A DNA stretch of 61,422 nt, filler included, from Platydemus manokwari (GCA_037951405.1; 5 parts of 5 records of this genome joined end to end with filler, not necessarily neighbours in it); one strand, 5' to 3'; counted from the first letter of the whole stretch, positions 13,577 to 25,947 are shown. A program made the numbers and translations. The notes: generated by a model not told the origin, from the letters alone.

Positions 13577-14735
13577 TTAACAAACAAAAATTTCACAATA
13601 ATCCCATCCTTTCTTATCTGAATTATAACACCAGATTCCTCCAGAATGGCCATCAGTATTTCGACAATAATTATGCGTCAACTCTTTATTATAATCATGG
13701 TTATTTGGAGTACTACCTGACCACTTTTGACAAGGCTTCCCTCTAACATTAGTTGATAATAGACCATCATATTCCCGACCAAGTTTTGTTTTCTTACATC
13801 GATAATCTAGAAATGAATATTTGTCAAATAGTTATCTCCACTATTGTATAAAATCTGAGAATAATTATTTCATAAGCAGTTCTTTAATGAAATAACTCAG
13901 ACATAGTTTGATATCTTCACCACTAAGTGGTGAGTCAAATATCACCGGTTTCTTCTTCGATTAACATATATACGATCTTTGAGTGTCGGACAGACCGTGA
14001 GAATAAGACACATCACACTTGTTAAAGATGTGTGTTTTGTGACTATTTGCACTTCTGATGTCTCATGTACTTCTTGTTCGGTTATGACAAGCTACTTGAG
14101 CAAGCTTTATTTAGGAAAAGTGTTGTAAGTCCAAAAGAAGCAGTAATAGTAGTACCAAACATCAGACCTTGGAGACTTAACCATCAACTTAATTCGTATA
14201 GATGTGAATCAATATAAATATATCTCAACCCTCTTAAATTACACGACTAAAATAATATTTAAAAGAATTCACCAACTTTTATTGACAACCATAACGATAG
14301 GGTTTTCTGAAAAGACATATTTGGTTTCAGAGGTCTTCAAACATATATTGCATGTCAGAGAGAAATTATCATAAAATAGCTGTGTACATTCCGGGTGTTT
14401 CATTTTGCACAGTTCAATACAATCTGTCATAGTTGGAACTTTATGAATATTGGTGGGGTCTTTCAAATCACAATAAGTATATGTTGGAGCAACCGCTACG
14501 TAATCATCGCTTTCTGAAATAATATAAACATGTTTATTATATTTTTAAATTACTTTATATATAATTATATTTAATAATAATTGCTAAAATAAATATTTAT
14601 TATTTATTTAAAAGAGAATTTTTAAAGTTAGTCACAAGAATGATAATAATAACCATCACTATGCTTGATTTCGGAATCAGTTACATAAAACAAACAGTAA
14701 CTCACAAAAACCGATATTAAAAATGAAGAAATCAT
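13577..14735 (-). CDS. Secreted PAN/apple + kringle protein, copy A; exons 14735-14654, 14513-14277, 13806-13577; 182 aa
   Basis: Exon 1 MISSFLISVFVSYCLFYVTDS (signal-peptide-like). Exon 2 has six Cys, C..DCIELC....ECTQLFY.....CNIC (PAN-like). Exon 3 CKKTKLGREYDG..STNVRGKPCQKW...HNYCRNTDGHSGGIWCY......WDYCEIFVC* (kringle). Both introns GT-AG, phase 1; AATAAA after the stop. Confidence 0.9.
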
Positions 14736-15799
14736 TTCGATTTTTTAATAATACGTAAAAATACCACGTTGTTTTTATTATGGACAAGACCATACGAACA
14801 AATTCTGAAATGAATAAGATATCACGAAAATTAAAATTTTTTGAAGTAGCTACTAATCTGAGGAAATCAGAAATGCAAATATAAAACACATTAATTCAGA
14901 TTAAACTTTCACATATATTTTGAAATTATTCTTCTTTATTTAAAAGTTTATTATAATTACTTTTAATATTTATATTATTAATATTAAAATTATATTTGTC
15001 TTTATTATTTGGTTAATGATATTATTTATATAATTATTCAACTTTATGTTATAATGATAAATTATTATAATTATTATTTATTTTATTTTCATAAATAATA
15101 ATTTTAATAAATACTTTATCTAGTTGTAGATAAATTTAGATAAGTACTAAGAAAGCAATAAAAGTAACAAAAATAATAGTCATATAACGGGTGCTATGGA
15201 AACAATCGACAAAATTAGATGAGAGTTCAACAATTACAACAACAGAAATTATAATAATTTCAAACCAAAACGAAATAACAATAATTGGAATTGAAAAAAT
15301 AAAAATATCGGTAAAATGGCTTTTTCAAATCACACTCGAAAGATTTGATTTTTGCTATTTTCACCACTGAAATGCCATATAATTTTATTTTACTTCTAAG
15401 TAGTGTTTACTCCTTATCATATAGTTGGAATAAGTTGTTTGTTGAAGCTATTCTTGGAGCTGTTTCTCGGTTTATTTGTTGATTCCATTATTAATGTTTT
15501 TTGTTTTATTTTAGGTTTTATTTTTATTTTGCTGTTGTGATTTGAAAAAATAGATTTGCAGGTTAGATCTGGGTATCGTGCTTAAGCTGTCAGAAATAGG
15601 TTATGTTTTTTTTGTTTTTTATGAAATTATTTTCACAATTGTTTTGCTCTTTCTATGGCCTCCGTATGGATGTAGAGATCCATTTTCAATTCCTTTGTTG
15701 AACCAGATTATTTGTTGTCTTCTGGTGAGAGAATAACTGCTTGGTATCTTTGTGTTTTGAAAAAATACATACTTAAAACATTACAAAATTGGAGATTCA

Positions 15800-16320
15800 T
15801 CAATCTAAATACCGATCATATGGTGTATTTTAGCCTACTTGGAACCAGCTGATGAAAATGTAATTAGAGCAGCAAAATCTATTATTTCTTCATCTGATTT
15901 AAATCTAAAAGGTATTGAATTTCCAATAGCTATGGAAGAAATTAGAAAGTTTAACAATCAAAGTAATATTAAATTTAATGTTTTTGAAATTGATGAAGAT
16001 CAAAACTTGTTTCATTTGCCTGTTAATCATTATAATCCTAGAGAGTGAATTTCATTATTACATTAAAATCATTATGTATTATGTAAAAATATAAATATAT
16101 TTTCAAATGAAAATTGACATCCTCAAGTCATGTGTTTGAGATCCTTAAATAGGTATTGCTTTGAAACTAATTATTATAACCATACTGATCGATTTCATAA
16201 TCATACACCTAGTAAACCAAAACTTAGAAAAGAAGAATGGTAAACGTTTAAAAAGTATAATCAAAAGAAAAAAATCTCATTTGTAATTTTGATGAATTTC
16301 GAACTTATAATGTACCTACA
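15800..16320 (+). mobile_element. Decayed Polinton/Maverick-like protein-primed DNA polymerase B N-terminal fragment
   Basis: LNLKGIEFPIAMEEIRKFNNQSNIKFNVF, then NHYVLCKNINIF..VMCLRSLN, then FKKYNQKKKISFVILMNFE. These follow the LNFxGIxFP..I.KFE..N.I.INV, HYxxIKN..CxxCL and FKN....PFVIYADFE motif order I recognise from invertebrate Maverick-type PolB. Stops present. Confidence 0.7.
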
Positions 16321-17233
16321 AAACGAACACAAGATGAAACAACTTATATTAATGAATAAAATAAATATCAGTAGGAATTTATATTAAAAGTAATTATGAC
16401 CAATCATATTGAATTATGTGGGGAAAATGTAATCCCCAATTTGTTGATATAAATGATAATGTTAATACAAAACTAGCAAGTATTTGATATAACACAGTTA
16501 AACGAAAATGGGAACAGTGATATATTGTAATGACAAAAGAAAACGAGATCTGAAAATGTATTATCAATTTGTTTATGAATTTGATTTACAATATAGAGTT
16601 AATATTCCCGAAATGAATAAATATTCTCTAGTAAAAAAATTAAATATCTTATAAAATGTTTGCTCATCAACAAAATTCGAAACCTTCTAATGATTTGACA
16701 TGATAATAAGTCTGAATACTAGGAAATAATTTATGTTTTTTTTAGATCAAAGAATGATTTTGAAAAAAAATCAAAAAAATTATTTATGAAAAGTAAATGT
16801 TAGTTAAGAGGTTATGTGGTCTTCAATATTTAATAAAGATCTATAACAAAGCATTATAAGGAAGATATTGAGATTGGAGTTTTTAAATTATTATGGAATT
16901 TATTTTATGTAAAAACAATTGAGATTCAATCCACTTTCTAAATAACTTAATAGGTATATGGGTGAAAAGACATTTATAATTTTAATATTAATAATATAAA
17001 TATTAAAAGTAATTATAATAAAATTTTAAATAAAGAAGAATAATTGCAAATTATATGTGGAAGTTTATTCTGAATTAATGTGTTTCATATTTGCATTTAG
17101 AATTTCCTTACAGCAGTAGCTACTTCAATAAATTTACATTTCGTTCATTTCTTATTCATTTCGAGACTTGTTTCTATGGTTGTTTTTCATATAAAAACCA
17201 CGTGCTATTTTTATAAATCATTAAAAAATCGAC

Positions 17234-19000
17234 ATGATTTCTTCATTGTTAATCTCGGTTTTTGTGAGTTGCTGCTTGTTGTGTGTAACTGATTCCGTAA
17301 AAACGAATAGCGATGGTTATTATTCTTGTAACTAAATTTTAAAATGATTATTTAAATAAATAAATAAATTATTTATTTTAGAAATTATTATTAAATATAA
17401 TTATATATAAATTATTTTTCAAATTTATTAACATGTCTATATCTTTTCAGAAGGCGATGATTACGTAACGGTTACCACAAACTCTACCTATTGCGATTTG
17501 GAAAACCCCACCAATGTGCATAAAGCCAAGAATTTGACAGATTGCATTGAATTGTGCAAATTGAAACATCCGGAGTGTACACAGCTATTTTATGATCAAG
17601 CCAATTTGAAATGCATTCTATGTTTGAAGATGTCTAAAAGCCAACATGTATTTTCAGAAAACCCTTTCGTTATGGTTGTCAATAAAAGTTGGGGAATTCT
17701 TTTAAAAATAATTTATTATTAAAATATTATTGAAATCATTTTAATGAAATAATTTAGGAGGGTTGAGATATATTTATATTGATTATATACATACGGTTTT
17801 ATATTAAGGCATATCGTTTAGTTGGAATTAAGTAGAAATTATTGAAAATATATGCTGATGTAGATAATATGTGATAAAATAATTAAACTATAATAATAAT
17901 TATGTGATATCTACACAGAGTTGTGGAATATTATTTAAATAGTTTCCCAATAGCCATACCAGTGAGTAGCTCGCTTCAATAACAATAATAATTATTATTA
18001 CTATAATTATTTTATCATTATTTTTATTTATTTAATAATAATATTTATTATTTTCAATATCAATATTATTGTAAATATTTTAAAATAATTTTTAAAATCA
18101 ATATATATTATAAATATAAATTATCAATATAATTTGTTGAAATAATAAATAATAATGGATGTTTAACAAAAGCCGAATTCATTATGCTGAATAATGCACG
18201 CTCATGTAGTTTGCCAACACCAGAAAAGATTATATGTGGGGTCAGCAGTGCAGAAAGCCACAAAACACATGTCTTTGCAAAGTGCGATGTGCATCACTCT
18301 CACGTTTGAAATGACACACAAAAATCGTAGATGTTTTGAGCGAATTTATCAATTTCCACACAGAAAATGAGGTCGATGTCGATAAACCTTGTCAATTTCG
18401 TATTCTAGACTACGAATTGACTTGGAAATAGTAAATTGATGGAGACAATCACATACGAAAGTATCAAGTCTAAAATATAGGTATTCTATATGCAATGGCA
18501 TTTGCAACAAAGTAAGGCATCCTTAAGACTAAGAAGCATAATATTACCAGACAACCAAGAAAATATATTGGAAAATGAATTGATATACTGTGAGGATGGC
18601 GAGTTTTTCGAAAATTTGGTTAAGAACTGCTGACAAGTAGAAGAATAAACCAATGAAAATACTATGTCTGAGTTGTTTCGTTATAATTTTGTTCATGAAA
18701 TAAAATTCTCATATTAAAAACAATAGTGGCGACATTTACTGATAACGATTTGACAAATATTCTTTTGTAGAATATCGATGTAAGAAGACAGAACTTGGTC
18801 GGGACTACGTTGGTCTATTATCAACTAATGTAAGAGGAGTGCCTTGTCAAAAGTGGTCAAGTCAAATTCCAAATAAGCATGATTTCAATCAAGACTCGAC
18901 CCATAATTATTGTCGAAATTTCGATACCCATAGTGGTGGAATCTGGTGTTATAATTCAGATACGACGGGATGGGATTATTGTGAAATTTATGTTTGTTAA
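17234..19000 (+). CDS. Secreted PAN/apple + kringle protein, copy B; exons 17234-17315, 17451-17687, 18771-19000; 182 aa
   Basis: Same exon lengths (82/237/230) and phases as copy A. MISSLLISVFVSCCLLCVTDS signal, six-Cys PAN-like exon, kringle CKKTELGRDYVG..GVPCQKW...HNYCRNFDTHSGGIWCY..WDYCEIYVC*. AATAAA about 10 bp after the stop. Confidence 0.9.
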
Positions 19001-21256
19001 AATAATGTGAATAAAGCAAACATCATTTTCATTTATTTATTAATAACGCTTTATAAAATTATAAGTGTTTTCGTGTGAATGTTTTTATTCAATTTAAATG
19101 AAGAGATTCCAATGTCCTGTTGCTCGCTCGAATCTAATATCAATGACAAAATATCGGTTATTACCACCAATTAAAATTAATAAGAGTGACATCTAATCGA
19201 GCTTCATAATTTGAGTTAAAACTGGATTTGTTTTAAAATACTGTTTAAAAAAATTTAATATTAAAAATTAATTCAACCGTATGCGTTTTCCTTCTATTGA
19301 GCTGTGGTATTTTGACGACCAGGCCATAGAAATCAATGCAATAACAGATAATCAGCAGAAGAAACAATTATTAGAGTGTTTGCCGAAATAGACACAAGAA
19401 GCGCTCAGTTATAATTTTGAAAAAAATGATGGGAGAAATTTAAACGAGGCTGCAATTTGGATGCAAGATACAGATGTGTGACTGATCAGCACATTCAATT
19501 GACTGTCTTCAGTAATTTGACTTAGAACAGCTCCGATTACACCCAAACTGGCATTAGTATCGAACATCAATATCCAGTTATCTCTTGACTATACTGTGGT
19601 ACTGGGGCATCTTGTATCAGTTTGATTTTGTCGTAACTTACCTGTACGCTCTTCTGATTCAGATATCAGCTCACAAACTGTTTCACACAGTCTCTCATGC
19701 AATCTCACAATTCATCAATCTTCAATGACGCTCAAATTACAATTTCGAATCTTATAATAATGTCCGGGATTTCGGCATTGAAATTATCTTTTTCTTTTTG
19801 ACTAACAGTCTATGCCCGAATTATTATTCGTTGTCAACAGTGCCATCTACTGTGTTGCAAGAATCTTAACAATAATTCATTTTTCACATTTGACCTCCCA
19901 AATTTTTTTGATCCGTTTGACAATCTCAAGTGTTTTAGAAATTGAAAATCTGTTCTTTGGGTGGTTTTTGTTTGAATGCAATTAATTGCCAAAACTGTGG
20001 AGATTTCAAATGAGTGAAATAAAGATTATGAAATCAGTGTGTTTATTGACATTTTGTTTTTTCTTTTTATGTATGTTTTCTGTTATTTCTTGTTTTCAGA
20101 ATGTTTATTGATTGTTTCCCTTTTTCCTTTATATATTGAGACATTTCCTGTGTGTCATTGTTGTTTCTTTAGAAAGTTTTGGGTCACAAAGCGTTTGATG
20201 TTTTTCAATAATATTTTATCTTTTTGAAATAATTTTGTGGGTTTTATTTCGTCTGTTGGCTTTGGTGTTGGTTTCTCTTTGATAGAGATTTTCATTTGTT
20301 TTTTGACTTTTTATTTGTGATTACCTGTGAAAATTACTTCAGATTATTTTATTTTATTATTATTATTGATTGACAATGATTGTTGTCTTTGTTTTGTGTT
20401 AAAAATGGTTTTAATTATAAAAAATTTTGACGTGATGTAATGAATGATTTTATCTTTTATTTATGATCTAAATGAATTCTGTATTTCTCAATTATCGGAT
20501 TATAAAATAAAATGAAGTTTTGATAACTCAGAAGCTGTACGACAGTTTATTTACAAGATTTTCTTTTCATTGAAAATTTTAACTGTACCAAGATAGCAAA
20601 ATTATTTGTGTAATAATTTGAGAATTGTTTGAATGAATCGAAATTATTGATATGGTTTGATGTATGATTTTGTTTTGATTGTTCAAAAATTTTCAAATTT
20701 TCAGTCTTTTTGAAATAGCTTTAAAGATTTTACGGATTCTGAAACTTTGTTTATTAATAACATCGTAATGGTATTTATGAGTTTTTATCGAAAATATTTT
20801 AATGTTGGAGTTATTGCGTTTAAATACCGTTTAAGAAATAAAATTATAGGGCGATTTGAGTTTAAACCGTTATGAATCATGTTGGTTTTTATATAATATA
20901 TTAAAGATTGCACATAAGGAATTTAATTTAGAGATTTAAAGTGGCAGAAAACTAATTCTTGTTTGTAAATACAATTGCAAATTTAGAAAATTGCAATTCA
21001 CATTTTATGTAATTATTTGTTTAAATACATCAATTCAAGAAACAGTATTGCAATTGAGATTTGCAATTGTATGACGTTGAAAAGAATATTATTATTTATA
21101 TTGAAAAATAAAAAATTTATTTCTTATATCTAATAATCTCAATAAATTTTTAATACTTTAATATTATTTTCGACCAATGAGGTTACAGATAAATACTATT
21201 AATTAAAAATTTTATTTTATTTAATTCATTTTAATAGATTTATTAAATAAATCAAA

Positions 21257-21853
21257 ATGGTGATTGAAAATACTAAAATCGATATCGATATCAAATTAAA
21301 AGCCATTCAAATGTTCAATGATGGAATCGATTTAGATGAAATCAGTAAACAAATCGGTTATGGACCCAATACAATACGATATTGGATTGGTCGAAGCCAG
21401 AAACATATAACAGCATCTCTAGGAGTGAAAAAATACCAAAATATATCAATTTCTAAAAAACTTGAGATTGTTCAACTGATACGAGAAGGTTCGAACATCT
21501 ATAATATTGAACGTCGATACAATATCGACAGACAAACAATCAAGCTTTGGATTAAAAAAGGAAAGAAATTAATAGAAAAGAACATGAGACCGATGAATAT
21601 CACTTCATCAGATAAAATATCTGATTGCACAGAAGAGATGAGAAATCGTTGTCAAATGAAAGATGACAGAATAGAGTCATCATCAAATGATAATATTGAT
21701 GAGAATATCAACACAAATAATCTCAATGAAAATGTCACAATGAATGATGAGCCTGAATTGTTAAATATTGATTATAATTCACTATTTGAGAATATGTCAT
21801 TGGTGGAAGATCATTTGAAGAATCTAATAAATCTTCTTCAATTCGACAATTAA
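21257..21853 (+). CDS. Intronless 198-aa protein with two tandem psq/CENP-B-N-like HTH domains and an acidic Asn-rich tail (pogo/Tigger transposase-related, no DDE domain)
   Basis: IDIDIKLKAIQMFNDG...EISKQIGYGPNTIRYW and ISISKKLEIVQLIREG...IERRYNIDRQTIKLWIK fit the xSxxxKLEII...G.S...IAxxYGIxxSTIxxW pattern. AAAATG start and AATAAA about 16 bp after the stop. Confidence 0.7.
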   Translation: MVIENTKIDIDIKLKAIQMFNDGIDLDEISKQIGYGPNTIRYWIGRSQKHITASLGVKKYQNISISKKLEIVQLIREGSNIYNIERRYNIDRQTIKLWIKKGKKLIEKNMRPMNITSSDKISDCTEEMRNRCQMKDDRIESSSNDNIDENINTNNLNENVTMNDEPELLNIDYNSLFENMSLVEDHLKNLINLLQFDN

Positions 21854-22161
21854 AATTTGTTTGAATGAAATAAACGATTTATAGAGATCACATGGAGTCC
21901 CTCATATTGATCGAGGTGAGTAGTTGGTTTTCTTGTTAATAAATCTAATTGATTTAAATATTATTTATTTAATTATCAATAGTTAATTAATAAATTAATT
22001 AAATAAATCACTGATATTGATTTAAATCGTTTAAAATATTTAAGAATTTATAAATATATTTGTTAATAATAATTATTATTATTGATTTGGTAATATTTCA
22101 TTAAATATCTATAAAACATAACAGATGAGTGTGAAACTTGTTTTAATTGATATATCAATTA

Positions 22162-22415
22162 AATGATGGAATCGATTTAGATGAAATTAGTAAACAAATC
22201 GGTTATGGACCCAATACAATACGATATTGGATTGGTCGAAGCCAGAAACATATAACAGCATCTCTAGGAGTGAAAAAATACCAAAATATATCAATTTCTA
22301 AAAAACTTGAGATTGTTCAACTGATACGAGAAGGTTCGAACATCTATAATATTGAACGTCGATACAATATCGACAGACAAACAATCAAGCTTTGGATTAA
22401 AAAAGGAAAGAAATT
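22162..22415 (+). pseudogene. 5'-truncated near-identical second copy of the twin-HTH ORF, running into the gap
   Basis: Matches about 21317-21570 with one synonymous change seen (atc/att) and lacks the first 20 codons; could be an assembly duplicate. Confidence 0.7.
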
Positions 22416-22515
22416 NNNNNNNNNNNNNNNNNNNNNNNNNNNNNNNNNNNNNNNNNNNNTTAATTAATTAANNNNNNNNNNNNNNNNNNNNNNNNNNNNN
22501 NNNNNNNNNNNNNNN
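22416..22515. other. Assembly spacer
   Basis: N44-TTAATTAATTAA-N44. Confidence 0.99.
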
Positions 22516-23409
22516 ATTCCATTTTATAATCATTCAATAATTAATGGAGAGATGGAATTGAATTACTTAAATCAATAATCTCTCATTTTTCTAACGATTA
22601 TTTTGGAATTTAATTAATGAATTTAATATGGTTGTTTCGGTTAATCGAATTATAATTATACCACGAAACAACAAAATAGTTGTCAACAATATTATCATTA
22701 TTATTATTAATATCCTATTATTGATAACAGATTATGTTAGAATATTATTATTTCGTTTTGGTTCGAGCTGTAGACAAACAGAAATTATCGCGTTATCATT
22801 ATAATTAACATAATTATTATCATTATCGAAACAATTTTCAAACAATTTTTCTCCATAAAACATTAACCATGAATCGACTTTAGTTTTTGCCGAATAACGA
22901 GATTGATTGTCTGATGAAGAAAGACAATGATTCTAATATTTGAAACGATATAATTTTTTTTTGTTTTTTCTGTCATCGCAAATATTGATCGACATTAATT
23001 GATGTATTTCCAATTATTCCATTACGAATGCGGATATCGATTCGGAAATGAATTATCATGTTGGGCAAATATTGATTTATATTTATTGACCTTTGAATAT
23101 TATATCTGGAACAAATCCAATCTAACATTTGTTCATGTTCTGTCCATGTTTTCGAAGCTCATTATAGATGGGAAATGAATACAATAATTAATTTATTCAA
23201 TATATTGTGATGGGCTATATCAAAGGTCTTTAAATCTGAAAACTTTGGTTTACTCAATTTCTAAATTAGAATAATGAACAGAATAATGTTAAATACAATT
23301 TCGAAAACCTATTTTATTTTTATTATTATTTTGATCATTATTTTTATTATTATTTTTACTATTTTATTATTATTTATTGTTTAAATATACTAAATTTAAC
23401 ATAATTAAA

Positions 23410-23869
23410 CTCGATACATTTGAAAGATCACATTGTCCTACCACTATTAGGTTTGCTTTTATATATTTTGGTTGCTGGTTGAAAAGGAATATCCTGCAAT
23501 TACTCAGAAAACGCTACGACAATCATCAAACACAAGAAATGAGTACAATTTCTGTTTGTGGACGATGAACTTCGTGTGTGTCTGTCAAAATCACGACCGA
23601 ATCTTAAAGAGTTGTGTAAGAAACATCAGTTTCAAATTTCCCACTGCGGTTTTGATAAGAATAAATTAAGTCTATTCAAGCATGTACAGTTTTGTTTTCA
23701 TTTCATCAACAAACATGTGCAATACTCTGAACATAAATACTTTTATTTCATTTTAAAAAATAAATGCTGTTTTGCTGCATAAAACAATTAAATTATTGCA
23801 CAGTGGTTCCTCGAGCCAGAGGAATGTTTCCGCGGGGTTCCTCTCCAGTAAATAGATTGAAGGCCACTG
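23410..23869 (+). mobile_element. 3' end of a hAT (Buster/Charlie-type) transposon: dimerisation-domain remnant plus right TIR
   Basis: FWLLVEKEYPAITQKTLR and DDELRVCLSKSRPNLKELCKKHQFQISH match the Buster/ZBED5-type C-terminus, with the STYLCE segment deleted. Ends in gattgaaggccactg, resembling the GGTTGAGAACCACTG terminus. Confidence 0.8.
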
Positions 23870-25593
23870 ATATAAATGATAATAATAATATTATAATAAT
23901 ATAATTATTAAAAAATATAATTATAATTTATTAATAATAAATAATAATAATAACAACTATAATGGAAATAATAATAACAATAAATATATACTACTACCAA
24001 TCTATTTTATTCTGTCCCACCTTAGTCTAGCCAATTTACTACAACGTTTATTGTGATTCCTCAACAAATATAAATAAAATATAATCCATTAAACCAATAT
24101 TTCAGTGACAACAATAAAAGAATTGAATTTTTATATGTTTTATAATAAATAATAAAAACTACGATTTAAACAAAATATTTTATAATATTTTTTCTCATGA
24201 AATATTATATAATGAAAGTATATTTCAATGAATTGTCGAGATGGTGTTGTTATCGATTATTTCTATTATTTACCATTACCTACATTTACAACAACACAGC
24301 TGCAATTTTAATTGAATTATCAGCCTTCATCCATTTGTTTATCCCATCAAATAATGGAGGGGGGTATTTAATAATAAAAATACAAGATTGATGGTTGTTT
24401 GGTTTTTTCAATTGGTTTCATCTGTCAGTCAAATCGTTCAAAAAACATTGACTAAAACGAACGATAAATGATATTTAATAAGGCTTCATTTTGTAATTTC
24501 TTTGAAGAGAAATTTGTTTAATAATTCATTTTCTAATAATTGATTTCTTCACTTTTAATAGTCTGGGGGAAAGAAGAAGAATCGATTATATAATTATTCT
24601 GAAATATGATAATGAAACTAATCAATAAATAATATATTCATAATAATATTGTAAATCATATTATTAGTATTTAATTATGATGACGATAATGTTTAACCTA
24701 AAGCTATTATATATCTCTATCTGACTCTTATCTAGATTTCATGTTCACACTGGGGGTAGTCAGCAAACTCTTCCAATTTTAAAGATTTATCTATCATAAA
24801 ACTTTATATATAAAAACTCAGTTGTGTAAAATCCATATTTTCAATAAGAATATCAAACGAGCTCAGAAACGCCTTCTGGTTGTTTAGTTAACACTCCGTG
24901 ACCGATATGGACACAAGCGCTAAATACACACCACATATATGTAGTCAAAAGTACAGTAGTCACCTTTCCGTGTTGCACCAGTTCTAAAGATAATAAATCC
25001 TAAAATACTTGCTTATTTTTTCAGTCTTCTGCTGAAATGAAATTTTGCAGAATTTAGCCACTCTTTCAATATCAGCAAGCCTACACCTCATCGACATGGT
25101 AAATCTCAAATAATCAATATTTGTAACTTATGCACGATTTGTTCCTCGTTTGAATAATTTTTGGTAAAGTAACAATTCTAATTTAATATATTGATTGATT
25201 GTTTATTGAGGAAATTTTTATGTTGACTTATATTTTTATATAATTAAGTATTACAATACAGTGAGATTAATAATTAATTTTTTTATAAAACGGTTATAAC
25301 TTTGATAATTTGATGTCATTTTCTTTTAATAAATTTTTAACAATCCATAATGATTTATCTAAATCAATGTTCAAATCAATATGCTTCTGTGACCAACAAT
25401 GGCTTCTTAATCATGCCTCTTTAATGGTAATGTTAAGTTAATATGTTCTTACGATAGCTGCTTAGATCTAAAGTCAAAAAATATTGGTATTTTTCTTATT
25501 ATTTGGCAACAATAATGACTATAATAATGATAATAATAATATGAACACGTAAATTATAAATTTTATATCACAATTATCATCATAATTATTCTA

Positions 25594-25947
25594 GGATTGG
25601 AACGAAAGTCTTGTCCGATAGAAAATAATATTTATTTAATCAATAAAGAAAATATGTAAATTGAGAAATATAAACAAAACATCATTCGTCTATAAATCTG
25701 AAATGTTGAAAATAGTCAGCTTTGAAGTCCACAAAATAATATTTTTTAAATGATAGCTATCTAAAACAATTATTTAATTATAATATAGAAATTAAACATT
25801 TAAAAGGGGTTTAATAATGCATTTAAATTAAATATTTGTTCATAAAACATTGACAATTAATGTTTTGTTTATATTTCCAGTTTACATATTGTCTTTATTG
25901 GTTAAATAAATATTACTTTCTATCGGACAAGACTTCCGTTTTAATCC
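25594..25947. mobile_element. MITE of about 354 bp with about 90-bp imperfect TIRs, flanked by TA (Tc1/mariner-pogo type)
   Basis: ta|ggattggaacgaaagtcttgtccgatagaaa...aaacaaaacat pairs with atgttttgttt...tttctatcggacaagacttccgttttaatcc|ta. Confidence 0.85.

Larger units (their letters stand above)
13320..19312. repeat. Inverted segmental duplication: about 13320-14993 paired with about 16975-19312
   Basis: Reverse-complement similarity across upstream DNA, all three exons, blocks of intron 2 and about 300 bp downstream. Intron 2 is 470 bp versus 1083 bp. Boundaries approximate. Confidence 0.92.

Noticed and set aside
13558-13746. Plus-strand 62-aa ORF
   Set aside because: Antisense to the kringle exon of copy A.
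14677-14889. Minus-strand 70-aa ORF as exon 1 of copy A
   Set aside because: Wrong frame and not open in copy B; the conserved start is ATG 14735/17234.
17758-17810. Extra exon within intron 2 of the PAN-kringle genes (conserved gagggttgagatatatttatattgatt)
   Set aside because: The acceptor context differs between copies and frames soon hit stops, while exon 2 joins exon 3 in frame without it. An alternative short terminal exon is not fully excluded.
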